From Octopus bimaculoides (Eukaryota): a stretch of DNA of 42,724 bases. Location: NCBI RefSeq assembly GCF_001194135.2, contig NC_068990.1:46249020-46291743 (forward strand), read 5' to 3'. Numbering within the stretch: the stretch's first letter is position 1; each line of letters opens with the position of its first letter. Positions 22,960 through 34,660 of the stretch are shown here, piece by piece. The position numbers and the translations under genes were made by a program. The notes under the pieces are model-generated. The model ran no database searches and was not told the DNA's origin. It saw only the letters and a program-made list of their open reading frames with translations.

Positions 22960-23340
22960 CAAGAAAAATATAGCAATGAGATTTCCCCAATTGAGGGGAT
23001 GACCACCCAGGGTTGGCTCAGGCACCCCACCAATCCTGAACCGCTCGACGCATTGAGGGTACTCGGAAAGGGTACACCTCAACTCCTCAAATTCACCAGC
23101 CTACAGGCGCATTGTCAGAGTAGGTCCACTCACAGGGGCCACTTCCGCTACATTCATCCACCTTTCAGCAAATGTACTGGGAAGCAGCACTCACACCTCT
23201 CCCTCCACCCTCATCTTCCTTTCCAGCTGATGGGGGATCGGCCGAAGAGAGAAGCGTCTGTTTTCAGTCCTTTCAACCTGGTGCACCATACAACCTCTTA
23301 CGCTACTGCTACCAGACAGAGGAAAACTGCCTGTCCTATA
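22960..23340 (-). mobile_element. LINE 3' end (Tx1/L1-like ORF2 C-terminus plus 3' UTR)
   Basis: Minus strand with frameshifts: AVFLCLVAVA*EVVWCTRLKGLKTD...QLERKMRVEGEV...STFAERWMNVAEVAPVSGPTLTMRL* (stop at 23101-23103). Clade assignment is from recall. Confidence 0.6.
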
Positions 23341-23392
23341 CATCTCTTTATTGACCACAAGGAATGCAAAAATATATAGGGTAATGTTATAT

Positions 23393-23443
<51 letters not shown>

Positions 23444-23966
23444 NNNNNNNNNNNNNNNNNNNNNNNNNNNNNNNNNNNNNNNNNNNNNNNNNNNNNNNNN
23501 NNNNNNNNNNNNNNNNNNNNNNNNNNNNNNNNNNNNNNNNNNNNNNNNNNNNNNNNNNNNNNNNNNNNNNNNNNNNNNNNNNNNNNNNNNNNNNNNNNNN
23601 NNNNNNNNNNNNNNNNNNNNNNNNNNNNNNNNNNNNNNNNNNNNNNNNNNNNNNNNNNNNNNNNNNNNNNNNNNNNNNNNNNNNNNNNNNNNNNNNNNNN
23701 NNNNNNNNNNNNNNNNNNNNNNNNNNNNNNNNNNNNNNNNNNNNNNNNNNNNNNNNNNNNNNNNNNNNNNNNNNNNNNNNNNNNNNNNNNNNNNNNNNNN
23801 NNNNNNNNNNNNNNNNNNNNNNNNNNNNNNNNNNNNNNNNNNNNNNNNNNNNNNNNNNNNNNNNNNNNNNNNNNNNNNNATATATACACACAGTAGAGCG
23901 TGCATCTGGTAGTATTTGACTTAATGCGCTCTTATACTAACCTGTTGCACAGTATAAGCACCGGTT

Positions 23967-23978
23967 TTACTACTACTG

Positions 23979-24030
<52 letters not shown>

Positions 24031-24113
24031 CTCTTCTTCTTCTTCTTCTTCTTCTTCTTCTTCTTCTTCTTCTTCTTCTTCTTCTTCTTCTTCTTCTTCT
24101 TCTTCTTCTTCTT
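23967..24113. repeat. (ACT)n switching to (TCT)n
   Basis: Direct inspection. Confidence 0.97.
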
Positions 24114-24377
24114 GTGCAGCAGCTACTAGTATGACCTAGTGACTAAATAATTATATTTTTCTCTTATTAAAAAAAAGCATTATTTGGATGTCAGATACAT
24201 TTCTTTTGGAAATGATGTAGCCCCAATGTTTTCTTAATTTCTCAAAAATTTCGAGTTTCATATGCTGTTTTCGTATCGTATTTGATTTAAAAGTCCGCAG
24301 TCTTTTACAGTACAGTATGTCTTTCTAATATTAACCACTCCACAATATCCGTCACCCTTATGCCAATAAAAGAAATT

Positions 24378-24500
24378 ATTATTCGGCCGAGATCAACTTT
24401 GCCTTTCATCCTTTCCGGTTGGATAAAAGACGTACCAGTTGAGCACTGAGGTCGATGGTAATCGACTTGCCCTCTCTCCCAAATTTATGCCTATATTAGG
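24378..24500 (+). mobile_element. SINE family N, partial
   Basis: tcggccgagatcaactttgcctttcatcctttccggttggataaaagacgtaccagttgagcactgaggtcgatgg. Confidence 0.8.
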
Positions 24501-24537
24501 ATGTATTGTTATTGTTGTTGATGTTGTTGTTGATAGC

Positions 24538-24775
24538 AAGGCGACGAACTGGCGGAATCGTTTCCACATCGGACAGAATGCTAAGCGGTATTTTTTCCGG
24601 CTTTTTACCTTTTGAGTTCAAATTCTACAGAGGTTGACTTTGTCTTTCACATTTTCGGGGTTGATAAAATAAGTATTAGTTGAGTACTGGGGTCGATGTA
24701 ATTAACTTGCCCCTTCTCCCCAAAATTTCAGGCCTTGTGCCTATAGTAGAAAAGATTACTATTATTCTTATTCTT
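24538..24775 (+). mobile_element. SINE family N, full length with (TAT)n tail
   Basis: A-box-like tggcggaatcg, B-box-like gagttcaaattc, central tttcacattttcggggttgataaaataagta, and 3' ggccttgtgcctatagtagaaaagattac. Confidence 0.88.
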
Positions 24776-24777
24776 AT

Positions 24778-25037
24778 TATTGAAGCAAAGCTCAGGTTCG
24801 GTCTTATTCCTGGTAGGATTTATGTGGTAACCGGTTACTACCTGAAACCTTAGGTATCTACATGTTTTCAGCAGTCTTTCAAGTGCTTAGAACCCTCCTG
24901 ATAATCTTTACTGTCCCTAAAAGGCAAACTTTCCGTAAGAGCTCTACCGGGCATTCTATTTCAATCTCCTTCAGCCATTTGTCTATATCTTGGCTTACTG
25001 TTCCCAACGCACCCACCAATTATTATAGGCATTGCCA

Positions 25038-25040
<3 letters not shown>
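24778..25040 (-). mobile_element. Second R4/Dong-like family, extreme 3' end, embedded between (TAT)n arrays
   Basis: Minus strand MPIII/GALGTVSQDIDKWLKEIEIECPVELLRKVCLLGTVKIIRRVLST* (stop at 24879-24881), a short 3' UTR and an (AAT)-type tail. Confidence 0.85.
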
Positions 25041-25042
<2 letters not shown>

Positions 25043-25118
<76 letters not shown>

Positions 25119-25160
25119 GTTATTGTTATTGTTATTGCTATTATTATTATTATTATTATA
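25043..25160. repeat. (ATT)n microsatellite
   Basis: Direct inspection. Confidence 0.97.
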
Positions 25161-26794
25161 ATTTCGCACTTATATTTTCATTACGCGCTTTCACTGCAGA
25201 ATCGGACGCAGCTCCATGCACGTTGTCTAGTATTTTACTTTTGATTTGTTGTATCTATTTTATCGCTACTGTTTATATATTGTGCATATGTGTGAAACCT
25301 GTGGTGTGAGACATGTATTTGTCTGCGAGGGTCATTCCCAAGGTATGTTTTATCACAAGGATTCTTTCTAGTTGCAACTCACACAGGACAAGGTGCTTAC
25401 TGTATTTGCTCAGGCTCTATACATTCTGAGTTCGAACCCCACTGTGTCCTATATGAGAGGTAGAGTAAATCCGTCACCCTGTCCAGAAGTTGTTTTTGTT
25501 GTTGTTGTTATCCTCACTAGCATCACCACCACCACCGCCGCCGCCGCCGCCGCCACCACTTCCTCCATAACCGAAGACTAAGACGTTAGTAGATTCCATA
25601 ATTTAACTGGAGTAAATGAATGACAAAAATAAGCAAACTAACAAATTAATAAATAAATAATAAAAATGGTATGAAGAAGACCTTTTAAGTGTGGGTCTCA
25701 GCTGTGAGTATCCGCAATATATGAATGCAGATATGTAAATAGTAAGACAGACAGATTTGTAAATAGGTAGATAGATAGATACATAAATAGATATAGAAAG
25801 ACAGCTAGACAGCTAGAGAGATGATTGAATATAAAGGCAGACAGCTCGATAGATGGATAACTAGACAGGCGGACAGATAGGTATATAAAAGATCAGACAG
25901 ATCAGCACAGTTTCTAATTAGATCGATAAGAGCGATAAAACGATTTTATTTCTCCTATTTTCGTGTCTCTTCATCTGTCTTTATTTCCTTCTATCGTCTG
26001 TCTGTTGCCGTCTCCACGATTACAAAAATATAAAAAAAGAATGCCCTACAAATTGACTTCTTTCGATTAAGATCGAAGGGTGCGGCAGGAATGTGTATAT
26101 TTGACTGAATCAATCTTATGTATTACTGGTACTTAATTTTATAAACCCTCGGCGGAACTTGGGCAGAGACGAGATGATATTTTAAAACATGGGAATTTGG
26201 CTCTCGACTGTGTCGGCCATATTTGCATAGTGGTAGTAGTAGTAGTAATGGTGGTGGTGGTGGTGGAGGTAACAGTCGTAGTAATTGTGGTTGTAGCTGT
26301 AATTTCTTATATAGAGATATGTAATCTCGAATTCAAAGGGAGAAGGAATGTGACATTCATGAGTTTTTCCAAGGACATAAATAAAAGTAACTCTTGGTCG
26401 AGACCGGGTCTCGATAAAGAAGAAGAGCTTGGCATAATGCGGCTGTAACAATGGTTAGTAGTAGAGACGATCTATTTACTGGATGTAAAATAAACACTTC
26501 TACGCCATGTCTTCTTTTATAAGAAGACAGGAAATATGTCATGCCTTGAATCAGTAACACAAATGACATGTTTTAAGCTTTCGTAGGTTTTCTGATTTAA
26601 TTGTTTGTCATACCATCTTTCCCCAGCTGACTGACAGCTGTAGTAGCAGTCCTAGTTTTTCTATTTGTGAAACAACTCCTATCCAACATTGGAAAAATGT
26701 TAACGATAGTTACCGAATTTAGTCAACTCGAGACTGTACACCATTTGTTGGCATCATTAACCAAAGTTGTATTTAGCATTAGATTTAATAATTT

Positions 26795-27110
26795 TTCTCT
26801 TACATTTCCGTCTAAATATCTTCATTAGAAGAAAAGAAAAAAATTCAATCCAACACTTTCCGTCTAACATTTTTTAATCAGATAACTTTTATGAAATGCT
26901 TTTGCCATTTTAAGCTCAATATTTTCGATCAAACATTTTCTGTCTATCATTTCTGTCAGTCATTTACTATCGAATATATTCTATCAGATGTTCTAAATCA
27001 AAAATTTACAATCAAATATTTTTAACACGACATTTTCTATCAGGCATCTTTATCCAGAACGTTTTTTTAAAATTTTACTTAATATTTCCAAATCAAGCAT
27101 TTTGTTATCT
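26795..27110. repeat. Degenerate AT-rich minisatellite with a ~16-17-bp unit (approximately ACATTTTCTATCAAAC)
   Basis: Recurring tttccgtctaa, ttttcgatcaaac, attttctgtcta, tattctatcaga and acattttctatcagg motifs. Confidence 0.55.
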
Positions 27111-27529
27111 TTATAAGAGGAAAATTTTGAAAGAAATAACTTAAATAAAATATTTTCTAACATTTTCACTCAAATATTAATTAACCTGTAGTAGCCCATT
27201 ATTAATCTATTATAGTAGCCTATTATTAATTTGACATATTAAACCAAATTTATAAAATCGAATTTTTCCGGTCATTTTAATCTGTAAATTGTAATTTCTG
27301 TAATATCCTAGCATTTCCTCGAGACGTAGCATTAAAAAATTATCTGATTGTTGTTGTTGTTGTTGTTTAGTGCCTGGTGAGCCATCATTCGGCAGACAGA
27401 TAATCAAAATCATTCAATTCATGACAGTCTCTTTTGTTTTTAGGTACAGTATATCTTAGGCTAAATTGTCCAATGTGTATTTTGAGGGTGATTTGAATGC
27501 TATATCTAGAAAGTCAAAGAAGTCAATGT

Positions 27530-27820
27530 TCATTGTTGTTTAATCCCAGGTCGGCCATTCCATCCATGATCATCGCATCCATTTTTCACATTAAAATCTT
27601 CATTCTCCAACATTTATCTTTCTCAAGATGTTAGTGTGTGTAATTTGAAGATTTGGCTATTATGTGTAGTATGTCAAACATCGACCAGGTAAGGACTTCC
27701 TCGTTGGTTCGTAACCTATGTTCATCATTAAAGTTGCTTAGCCCAGGTCAACCTGGTCACGATCCATAATCCAGGTCATTCCAAACGTTACCATCCCATC
27801 TTTTTTAAGGGGAAAACAGA
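27530..27820 (+). repeat. Two family X copies
   Basis: gttgtttaatcccaggtcggccattccatccatgatc...gtgtgtaatttgaagatttggcta and ttagcccaggtcaacctggtc...ttaccatcccatcttttttaag. Confidence 0.75.
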
Positions 27821-27884
27821 TTTTGTGTCGTAGAATGTTACGCTAAATTTTCTGGAATATGAGGCGTCCACGATGCAAAAGATA

Positions 27885-27949
<65 letters not shown>

Positions 27950-27976
27950 GCGTGTGCGTGCGTGAGTAAATATGTT

Positions 27977-28298
27977 AAGGCGCATAGTTAAGGGGTTAGG
28001 GTATTCGGCTTACAATCATACGGTCTTGAGCTGGATACCGGGCAGCGTGATGTGATCTTGAGCATGACGTTTTATTTCACTTTGCACCAGTTCACTCAAC
28101 TGGCAAAAATGAGTATTACCTGTATTTCAAAGGGCCACTCTTATCCCACTCTGTGTCACGCTGAATCTCCCTGAGAACTACGTTAAAGGGCACGCGTGTC
28201 TGTTGAGTGCTCAGCCACTTACACGTTAATTTCAGGAGCAGGCTGTTCCTTCGATCGGATCAACAGGAGCTATCGTCGTTGTAACCAACAGAGTGTCA
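27977..28298 (+). mobile_element. SINE family C: tRNA-like head, CORE/Meta-like middle, and a 3' module shared with family B
   Basis: aaggcgcatagttaaggggttagggtattcggc...gtgatcttgagcatgacgttttatttcac...cctgtatttcaaagggcc...gtgtcacgctgaatctccctgagaactacgtt...gtaaccaacagagtgtca. Confidence 0.85.
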
Positions 28299-28364
28299 GT
28301 CTTTTTTTTAAAATCCTGTCTTTTTAGGGAGATATCTGATTACATTATGTAATATATACTCGTT

Positions 28365-28520
28365 ATTGTTGTTTAGCCCCGAGTCAAAGCTATTGCAGTC
28401 ATGACCATCCCATTTTCCTAGCATATTTAAAATCCATTTGGTCAATGTGTCCTTCCTTTCTTAGATGACAGGAGGATTTTAAAGGGAATTGATTTGACTA
28501 CTTTCTTCAGCAGATCGATC
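28365..28520 (+). repeat. Family X copy
   Basis: ttgttgtttagccccgagtca...catgaccatcccatt...aatgtgtccttcctt...cagcagatcgatc. Confidence 0.75.
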
Positions 28521-29059
28521 AATTACATATAAGCCTTTCTCACTGGAAAATCTCAAAGTAAATAATATTTGGGGAAGACAAATATATCAATATTTCTGAC
28601 TAAATTTAGACTTGATATCATAAGCTATTCATTTATCTTATTGTTTAAACATCGATGTTAATTTATGTAAATTTCTGAGTAACATTTCCCATGGCTTCTT
28701 CTATAGACCTGACGTAGATCAATTTCATGTAGCTTACTAAAAAGTTAGTTTCGTTTTGCCTAAAAAGAAGTCAGATGGACTTAAATATTTTTTTCTTCGT
28801 GAGGGAATCATGAGGGAGGATATGTTCCATGGAACTTTTAAGGCCTCCGATACTGAAGGGAGAGAGGAAGAGAGGGAAGGGAAGAAATATACTGAAACCG
28901 GAGTGGACGTCTTTGATAATGATACCTAAAAAAATAGTGGTTTTCAACCGAATGACAGTACCAGTTTATCATCTAAATAAGCACCAGAAGGATTTGAACT
29001 CAGAATAGAAAACAGCCAGAAAAATGACTTAACAATACTACAAGTCTACTGCTCTAGAA

Positions 29060-29195
29060 TGGTACCTTAATTTATCGACCCCTGGATGAGAAATGGAAAA
29101 GTTGATTTCGACGTGATTTGAAATCAGAACGCAAGGCGCCAGAATAGATACGACAAGGCTTTTTGTCCGCCGCTGTAACGACTCTGCCATGTCTT
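29060..29195 (-). mobile_element. SINE family N, degraded
   Basis: ggtaccttaatttatcgacccc...gatttgaaatcagaacg...gtaacgactctgcca is the reverse complement of the head plus central domain. Confidence 0.7.
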
Positions 29196-29269
29196 CGTCT
29201 ATATTGACCTACCTCATTTTTCTCTCCACCTCTCGTTACACTTAATGTTTGCACCCTAACCCACTCCTC

Positions 29270-29369
29270 TATCCCTGCGTGACACCTTGGGCAAATGTCT
29301 TCAACTATAGCCCCGATCAACCAATGCCTTGTGAGTGAATCGGTGAACGGAAACTGTGTGGAAGCCCAC

Positions 29370-29401
<32 letters not shown>

Positions 29402-29595
29402 NNNNNNNNNNGAAGGGTTTGGTCCTCATCATCGCTTGACAACCGATATCAGTTTGTTTAAATCCCCGTTACTTTGTGGCTCGGCAAAAGAAACCAGGAG
29501 GATAAATACCAAACTTAAAAAATCAGTACTAGAATCGATTTGTTTGACTAAACCCTTCAAGGATGGCCGCAGTCCAATGACTGAAACAGATTAAA
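29270..29595 (+). mobile_element. SINE family A, degraded, spanning a 10-N gap
   Basis: gcgtgacaccttgggcaaatgtcttcaactatagcccc...catcgcttgacaaccgat...ggccgcagtccaatgactgaaac. Confidence 0.8.
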
Positions 29596-30184
29596 TTCTA
29601 TTAAAAGACAACGGATCTCGAAATACTCCAGAAATTTTCCGCTGTACCCTGGGGTACCTTGAAACTCATTTACGCAAATACTGTTTCTATCGATCAATTA
29701 GTTGTTAGATAGCAAACAAAACAAGAGCACAATCTTGTCCATCTCATGTAACGATTAAACGGCAACAGTCGGCAGATTCGGTGGATTATTCCATTCACAC
29801 TGGAATTTCATTGTAATAATCCTTCCATCGCGATATTATTTCGTTGCCATGGGCTTTATTTTTATTTCTATTTGTATCTTTCTATATTTCTCGTTCTTAT
29901 ATTTTTTTGTAGTTTCGTTACCATAGTTACAGCGACTAATGATTAATGGCGGCTATTCAGCTGAGAAATCTATTTTATCTCCTTCAATGATATCTTAAAA
30001 TACTCGAACAATAGCTTTGTCTAATCAATTCTTTCTATGAATGATACTTTCTTTGCACTCTTGCAAAGCGTCTGTCTACTAGCAACATCCATAATGACGG
30101 CTACAGCATAGCTGTAGGCGCCTCTTCTCAGTCGCACGACATGCTTGAATTAGTAACCAAATCTCACTCAAACCACATTCTAGT

Positions 30185-30325
30185 GTCTTAAAAAAGCGAG
30201 TAAAAGAGAGAGAAGGACACATTGGATAATGTAATCGCTGATATACGATTAATTGAGATAGTCTCGACTGGAACGTCCTTCATAAGTCTGCTTGCCCAGA
30301 GGCGATCTGGATCTAAATAACATTT
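30185..30325 (-). repeat. Family X copy
   Basis: gaaggacacattggataatgtaatc...gactggaacgtccttcataagtctgcttg...ggatctaaataac. Confidence 0.65.
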
Positions 30326-30587
30326 GCTGTGGCATATTTTGGTCGGGGACACACTCATATTCACACATTCATATGCACACACTATTACATATTTTTTTAC
30401 TCGTTTCAGCCAGCCATATTCAAAGGTTTTCACCTATCATAGCCACCTCTGTGCTAATGTCAGGCTGGCACTTACTTTATTCTTTTCGTTTCGTTGAACT
30501 GTTTCGCTAAGGAACACTACATGAACTGCATTATTTTTTAAACTTAGAGCAAGCATAAATACAAACATAGACAAAGAACACCCTTAC

Positions 30588-30633
<46 letters not shown>

Positions 30634-30643
30634 NNNNNNNNNN

Positions 30644-30685
<42 letters not shown>

Positions 30686-30859
30686 ATTTCCCATTACCTG
30701 AAAGCTAGTACTGGGTTGTTTACGTACCCATAACTTTGAGGTTCGACAAGGGGCTATATATATTCATGACTTTAGCAGTCTCTTCAAGACTGCTGAGGTC
30801 GTTGATGTTATTTTGGAACAACCGTAGGGCCGTAGGCACGAATGTGTGATTAAAAAATT

Positions 30860-31215
30860 TGCTTTGCAGCCACGTAGTTTCGAGTTCAGTTCCACTACAT
30901 GGCACCTTAAGTAAATATCTTCCACTATATCTCCTGACTGACCAGTACCTCGTGGGAAAGTTTGGTGAACTGAAACTGCGGAGACCCGTTGTATGTATGT
31001 GAGTATGTACATGTCATGTGTTCAGATTTGTTTCCTATTGCTTTACAATCTATACGTCCCCGTAACTTAATGGTTTGCCAAAAACTAAATGATAAAATAT
31101 GTACGAAACTTAAAATAAATAACGGGGTCGATTTAATCGATTAAATCGTTCAATGCCGTGCTCCAGCATGACCGCAGTTCAATGATGAGTACAAGTAAAC
31201 GTGTAAAGAGTAAAA
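30860..31215 (+). mobile_element. SINE family A, old degraded copy
   Basis: gagttcagttccactacatggcacctt...gaaactgcggagaccc...acgtccccgtaacttaatggttt...gtgctccagcatgaccgcagt. Confidence 0.75.
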
Positions 31216-31382
31216 GGGCTGCAAGTTGCTGGCTTGAAAAAAATAAACGTGTAGAAAGGAAATTTCAGATGGATAACACAACGGGGGAAATGGCTAGTTA
31301 GGATGGATAGTGTGGGGCTTTGGGATAGAGGAGGGACATGTGCATGCGCGCGCGTGAGCGTATGTATGTATGTGTGTGTGGT

Positions 31383-31769
31383 GGAGGCGGAATGGCCCAG
31401 TGGTTAGGGCAGCGGACTCGCGGTCATAGGATCGCGGCTTCGATTCCCAGACCGGGCGTTGTGAGTGTTTATTGAGCGAAAACACCTAAAGCTCCACGAG
31501 GCTCCGGCAGGGGATGGTGGCGAACCCTGCTGTACTCTTTCACCACAACTTTCTCTTACTCTTTCTTCCTGTTTCTGTTGTGCCTGTAATTCAAAGGGTC
31601 AGCCTTGTCACACTGTGTCACGCTGAATATCTCCGAGAACTACGTTAAGGGTAAACGTGTCTGTGGAGTGCTCAGCCACTTGCACGTTAATTTCACGAGC
31701 AGGCTGTTCCGTTGATCGGATCAACTGGAACCCTCGTCGTTGTAAGCGACGGAGTGCCAACAACAACAA
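31383..31769 (+). mobile_element. SINE family B (tRNA-derived, octopus OR-type), full length and well preserved, with (AAC)n tail
   Basis: A-box tggcccagtgg (31392-31402), B-box-like ggcttcgattccc (31436-31448); near-identical to 40825-41150. Confidence 0.92.
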
Positions 31770-32156
31770 TGTGTGTGTGTACGTGTGAGTGGGTGTATTC
31801 TACAAATCGTCTCCATTCAGTCAATAAAACAATCAGTACAGGTTTTTAGACTTGGTGTTGACACCTAAGCTTTCTAATATCATGGAAGTCTTTTCTTCAA
31901 AAAAATTACACCAGAAGGTTTCACAAAAATTGAAAGTATCTCTGCCTTTTAATTATTTTGAGACCCCTGTAGATTGTAAGGCTCTAAACTGCAGCTTTTT
32001 TATCTCTTGTCTAAACATGGCACTAGCGTCAAGGAATTAACTCGAACAGCATGGTGCCTATTTTTTTTTCTATTAAAGAGTTGGCAATATGTTGGTGGAT
32101 TAGTAGAATTGGTAGGGAAGCGGATATATTCCTATGCGATATTTAGCTATATCCTT

Positions 32157-32295
32157 TTATAACATTCTGATTTCAGACCCCGCTGAGGCCGACTTTGTCT
32201 TCCGTCTTTTGTTATCATCATCATATTCAACTGCAATCGCAGACAGTCGCAGTTTCTCTTCATTCATTGCAACTTTCACGACCAATTGTGGTTCC
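32157..32295 (-). other. Candidate terminal coding exon (EPQLVVKVAMNEEKLRLSAIAVEYDDDNKRRKTKSASAGSEIRML*)
   Basis: Acceptor ttttgtatctgaattctatcag|G GAA CCA...; 45 open codons, while the other two frames close within 12 codons. No homology recognised. Confidence 0.3.
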
Positions 32296-32389
32296 CTGAT
32301 AGAATTCAGATACAAAATGAAAGCTGGACTCAAAACGCAAGGAGCCGGAATAGATAATGCAAAACATCTAGTCTGACTCTCTAACACTC

Positions 32390-32500
32390 CTTGGCTGGTA
32401 CTTTATTTATCGACTCTAAAAAGGGTTATGTAGACGGTGGCAGGATTTGAACTCAGAACGCAGAGAATCAGAATAAATACTGAAAAGTGCTTTCTCAAAC
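32390..32500 (-). mobile_element. SINE family N fragment
   Basis: ctggtactttatttatcgac...ggatttgaactcagaacg. Confidence 0.65.
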
Positions 32501-32574
32501 ACTCTAATTTGTGGTCACCAGTCAAGTACTGAGTTCGAGCTAATCCCCACCACCCCAAAACGTGAGTCGGGCAA

Positions 32575-32767
32575 AGTACTTAGCGGTATTTCGTTCGACT
32601 TTACTTTCTAAGTTCAAATTCCGGCGAGGTCGACTTTACCTTTCATCCTTTCGGGGTCGATAAAATAAGTACCAGTTGAACACAGGGGTCAATGTATTCG
32701 ACTCATCCCCACCTCCCCCAAGCTGCCCTTGTGGCAAAAATTTGAAATGATAATAATAATAATAATA

Positions 32768-32800
<33 letters not shown>
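32575..32800 (+). mobile_element. SINE family N, 5'-truncated, with (AAT)/(ATT) tail
   Basis: cttagcggtatttcg...agttcaaattccggcgaggtcgactttacctttcatcctttcggggtcgataaaataagtaccagttg. Confidence 0.88.
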
Positions 32801-33207
32801 ATACTATATAACACTCGTCATGTTCTGGGGTTGATTTAATCTACTAACCCCTACGTGCTAAACTTGCGGCTTTGTACTTTCGTTAGAAACGATTATTATG
32901 ATTTTATTTTTCTTAATACTGCAGTTTCACCGAAGAGTGTGTCTTCGGATTCGCTTGCAGTCACATTTTTGGCAATCCCATCTGTTAATTCTTCGTTTCA
33001 GGCGTTACTTTAACTGCACTTTAGCCCAGCGAGTAGGAAGAGGTGGATTTGTGGTGAAATATATTTTCACTTTAGTCAGAATATGAAAATGTCATTGCAA
33101 ATGAGAGATATTAACTGACACAACCGACCTGTTTTCAGTGTTCCACCCAAATTTATACTGACTGGTAAAATCTTGTTCAACCAACTATTACTATTACAAA
33201 TAATGTG

Positions 33208-33480
33208 AAGGGGCGTGGCTAAGTAGTTAGGATATTCAGCTCACGAGTGTTCTCGAGCGTGACATTTTATTTCATGTTACTCCAGTTCATTCTGCTGGCG
33301 AAAACGAGTTGTGCCTGCATTACAGAGGGCCAGCTTTGTCACATCCTGTGAAATGCTAAATTCCCCAAGGGTACGCGTGTCTGTGGAGTGCTCAGCCACT
33401 TGAACGTCAATTTCATGAGCCGGCTGTTTTATGGGTCGGATCAACTGGAACCCACGTCGTCATAACCGATAGAGAGCCAC
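33208..33480 (+). mobile_element. SINE family C, degraded with internal deletions
   Basis: aaggggcgtggctaagtagttaggatattc...gacattttatttcatgttactccag...gtgtctgtggagtgctcagccactt...ggatcaactggaaccc. Confidence 0.8.
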
Positions 33481-33525
33481 ATTAAAAAAAAAAATACATC
33501 TAATATTATTACAACTATTACTAAA

Positions 33526-34110
33526 GGAGTGGCTGTGTGGTAAGTAGCTTGCTTACGAACCACATGGTTCCGGGTTCAGTCTCACTGCATGGCACCTTGG
33601 GCAAGTGTCTTCTACTATAGCCTCGGGCCGACCAAAGCCTTATGAGTGGATTTGGTAGATGGTAACTGAAAGAAGCCCNNNNNNNNNNNNNNNNNNNNNN
33701 NNNNNNNNNNNNNNNNNNNNNNNNNNNNNNNNNNNNNNNNNNNNNNNNNNNNNNNNNNNNNNNNNNNNNNNNNNNNNNNNNNNNNNNNNNNNNNNNNNNN
33801 NNNNNNNNNNNNNNNNNNNNNNNNNNNNNNNNNNNNNNNNNNNNNNNNNNNNNNNNNNNNNNNNNNNNNNNNNNNNNNNNNNNNNTGTGTGTGTGTGTAT
33901 GTTTCTATGTCTGTGTTTGTCCCCCAACATCGCTTGACAACCGATGCTGGTGTGTTTACGTCCCCGTAACTTAGCGGTTCGGCAAAAGAGACCGATAGAT
34001 TAAGTACTAGGCTTACAAAGAATAAGTCCTGGGGTCGATTTGCTCGACTAAAGGCGGTGCTCCAGCACGGCCGCAGTCAAATCACTGAAACAAGTAAAAG
34101 AGTAAAAGAG
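33526..34110 (+). mobile_element. SINE family A, full length and young, with its internal microsatellite collapsed into a gap
   Basis: Head ggagtggctgtgtggtaag (A-box-like), gggttcagtctc (B-box-like), CORE-like tggcaccttgggcaagtgtcttc; complete 3' half after the gap. Confidence 0.92.
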
Positions 34111-34479
34111 TATACATATTGTTTCATTGTTTATCGAAACTTTTAACTGCTTGTGTTTTGTCATGATCATTACGCTATGACTATGGTCCGAACAGCTTAT
34201 TTCAAACGATACATGTCTATTAGTCACACTAAATAAACATCATAGAAAGAATATGGCTGGGGGTGGGGCAACAACAACTCACCTCAGTCTAAGTAGTGAC
34301 AGGTTACGAACCCGAGTTCAACTTCTCATGCTGAAACTGGGGAGAAGGTGGATTCTCTTTCAGTTTTCAGTCGAGGCTCCACGATGACGACGACGACGAC
34401 CATCACCACCACCTCCAGCACCACTGCCATCGCCACCGCCATCACCACCACAACATCACTGCCATTACCAACAATGTTA

Positions 34480-34660
34480 AAAATAGCAGTCGAGGCTCCA
34501 TCAAATCACACCCTGCCATCTTAACCTTGGATAATGTTGTACTCGCAACACAAGTCTTAAAAAAAAAAGAATGAAAGACCAAAAAAGTGACGTTGCTATG
34601 AAAGGTAGAAAAATGTTTTGATCAGAAGTCAGGGCCATAAGAACTGACCTGGAGCTGAAC
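34480..34660 (-). repeat. Family X copy (further fragments at ~35400-35570 and ~35830-35895)
   Basis: aaatagcagtcgaggctccatcaaatcacaccctgccatctt...actgacctggagctgaacagc; gggttgacctggggtgagg; cctgcctggagctaaacagc. Confidence 0.65.

Noticed and set aside
31383-31455. tRNA gene (also at 33526, 37781 and 40825)
   Set aside because: A/B boxes are present but there is no closed acceptor stem, and the sequences continue into multicopy SINE bodies; these are SINE heads.
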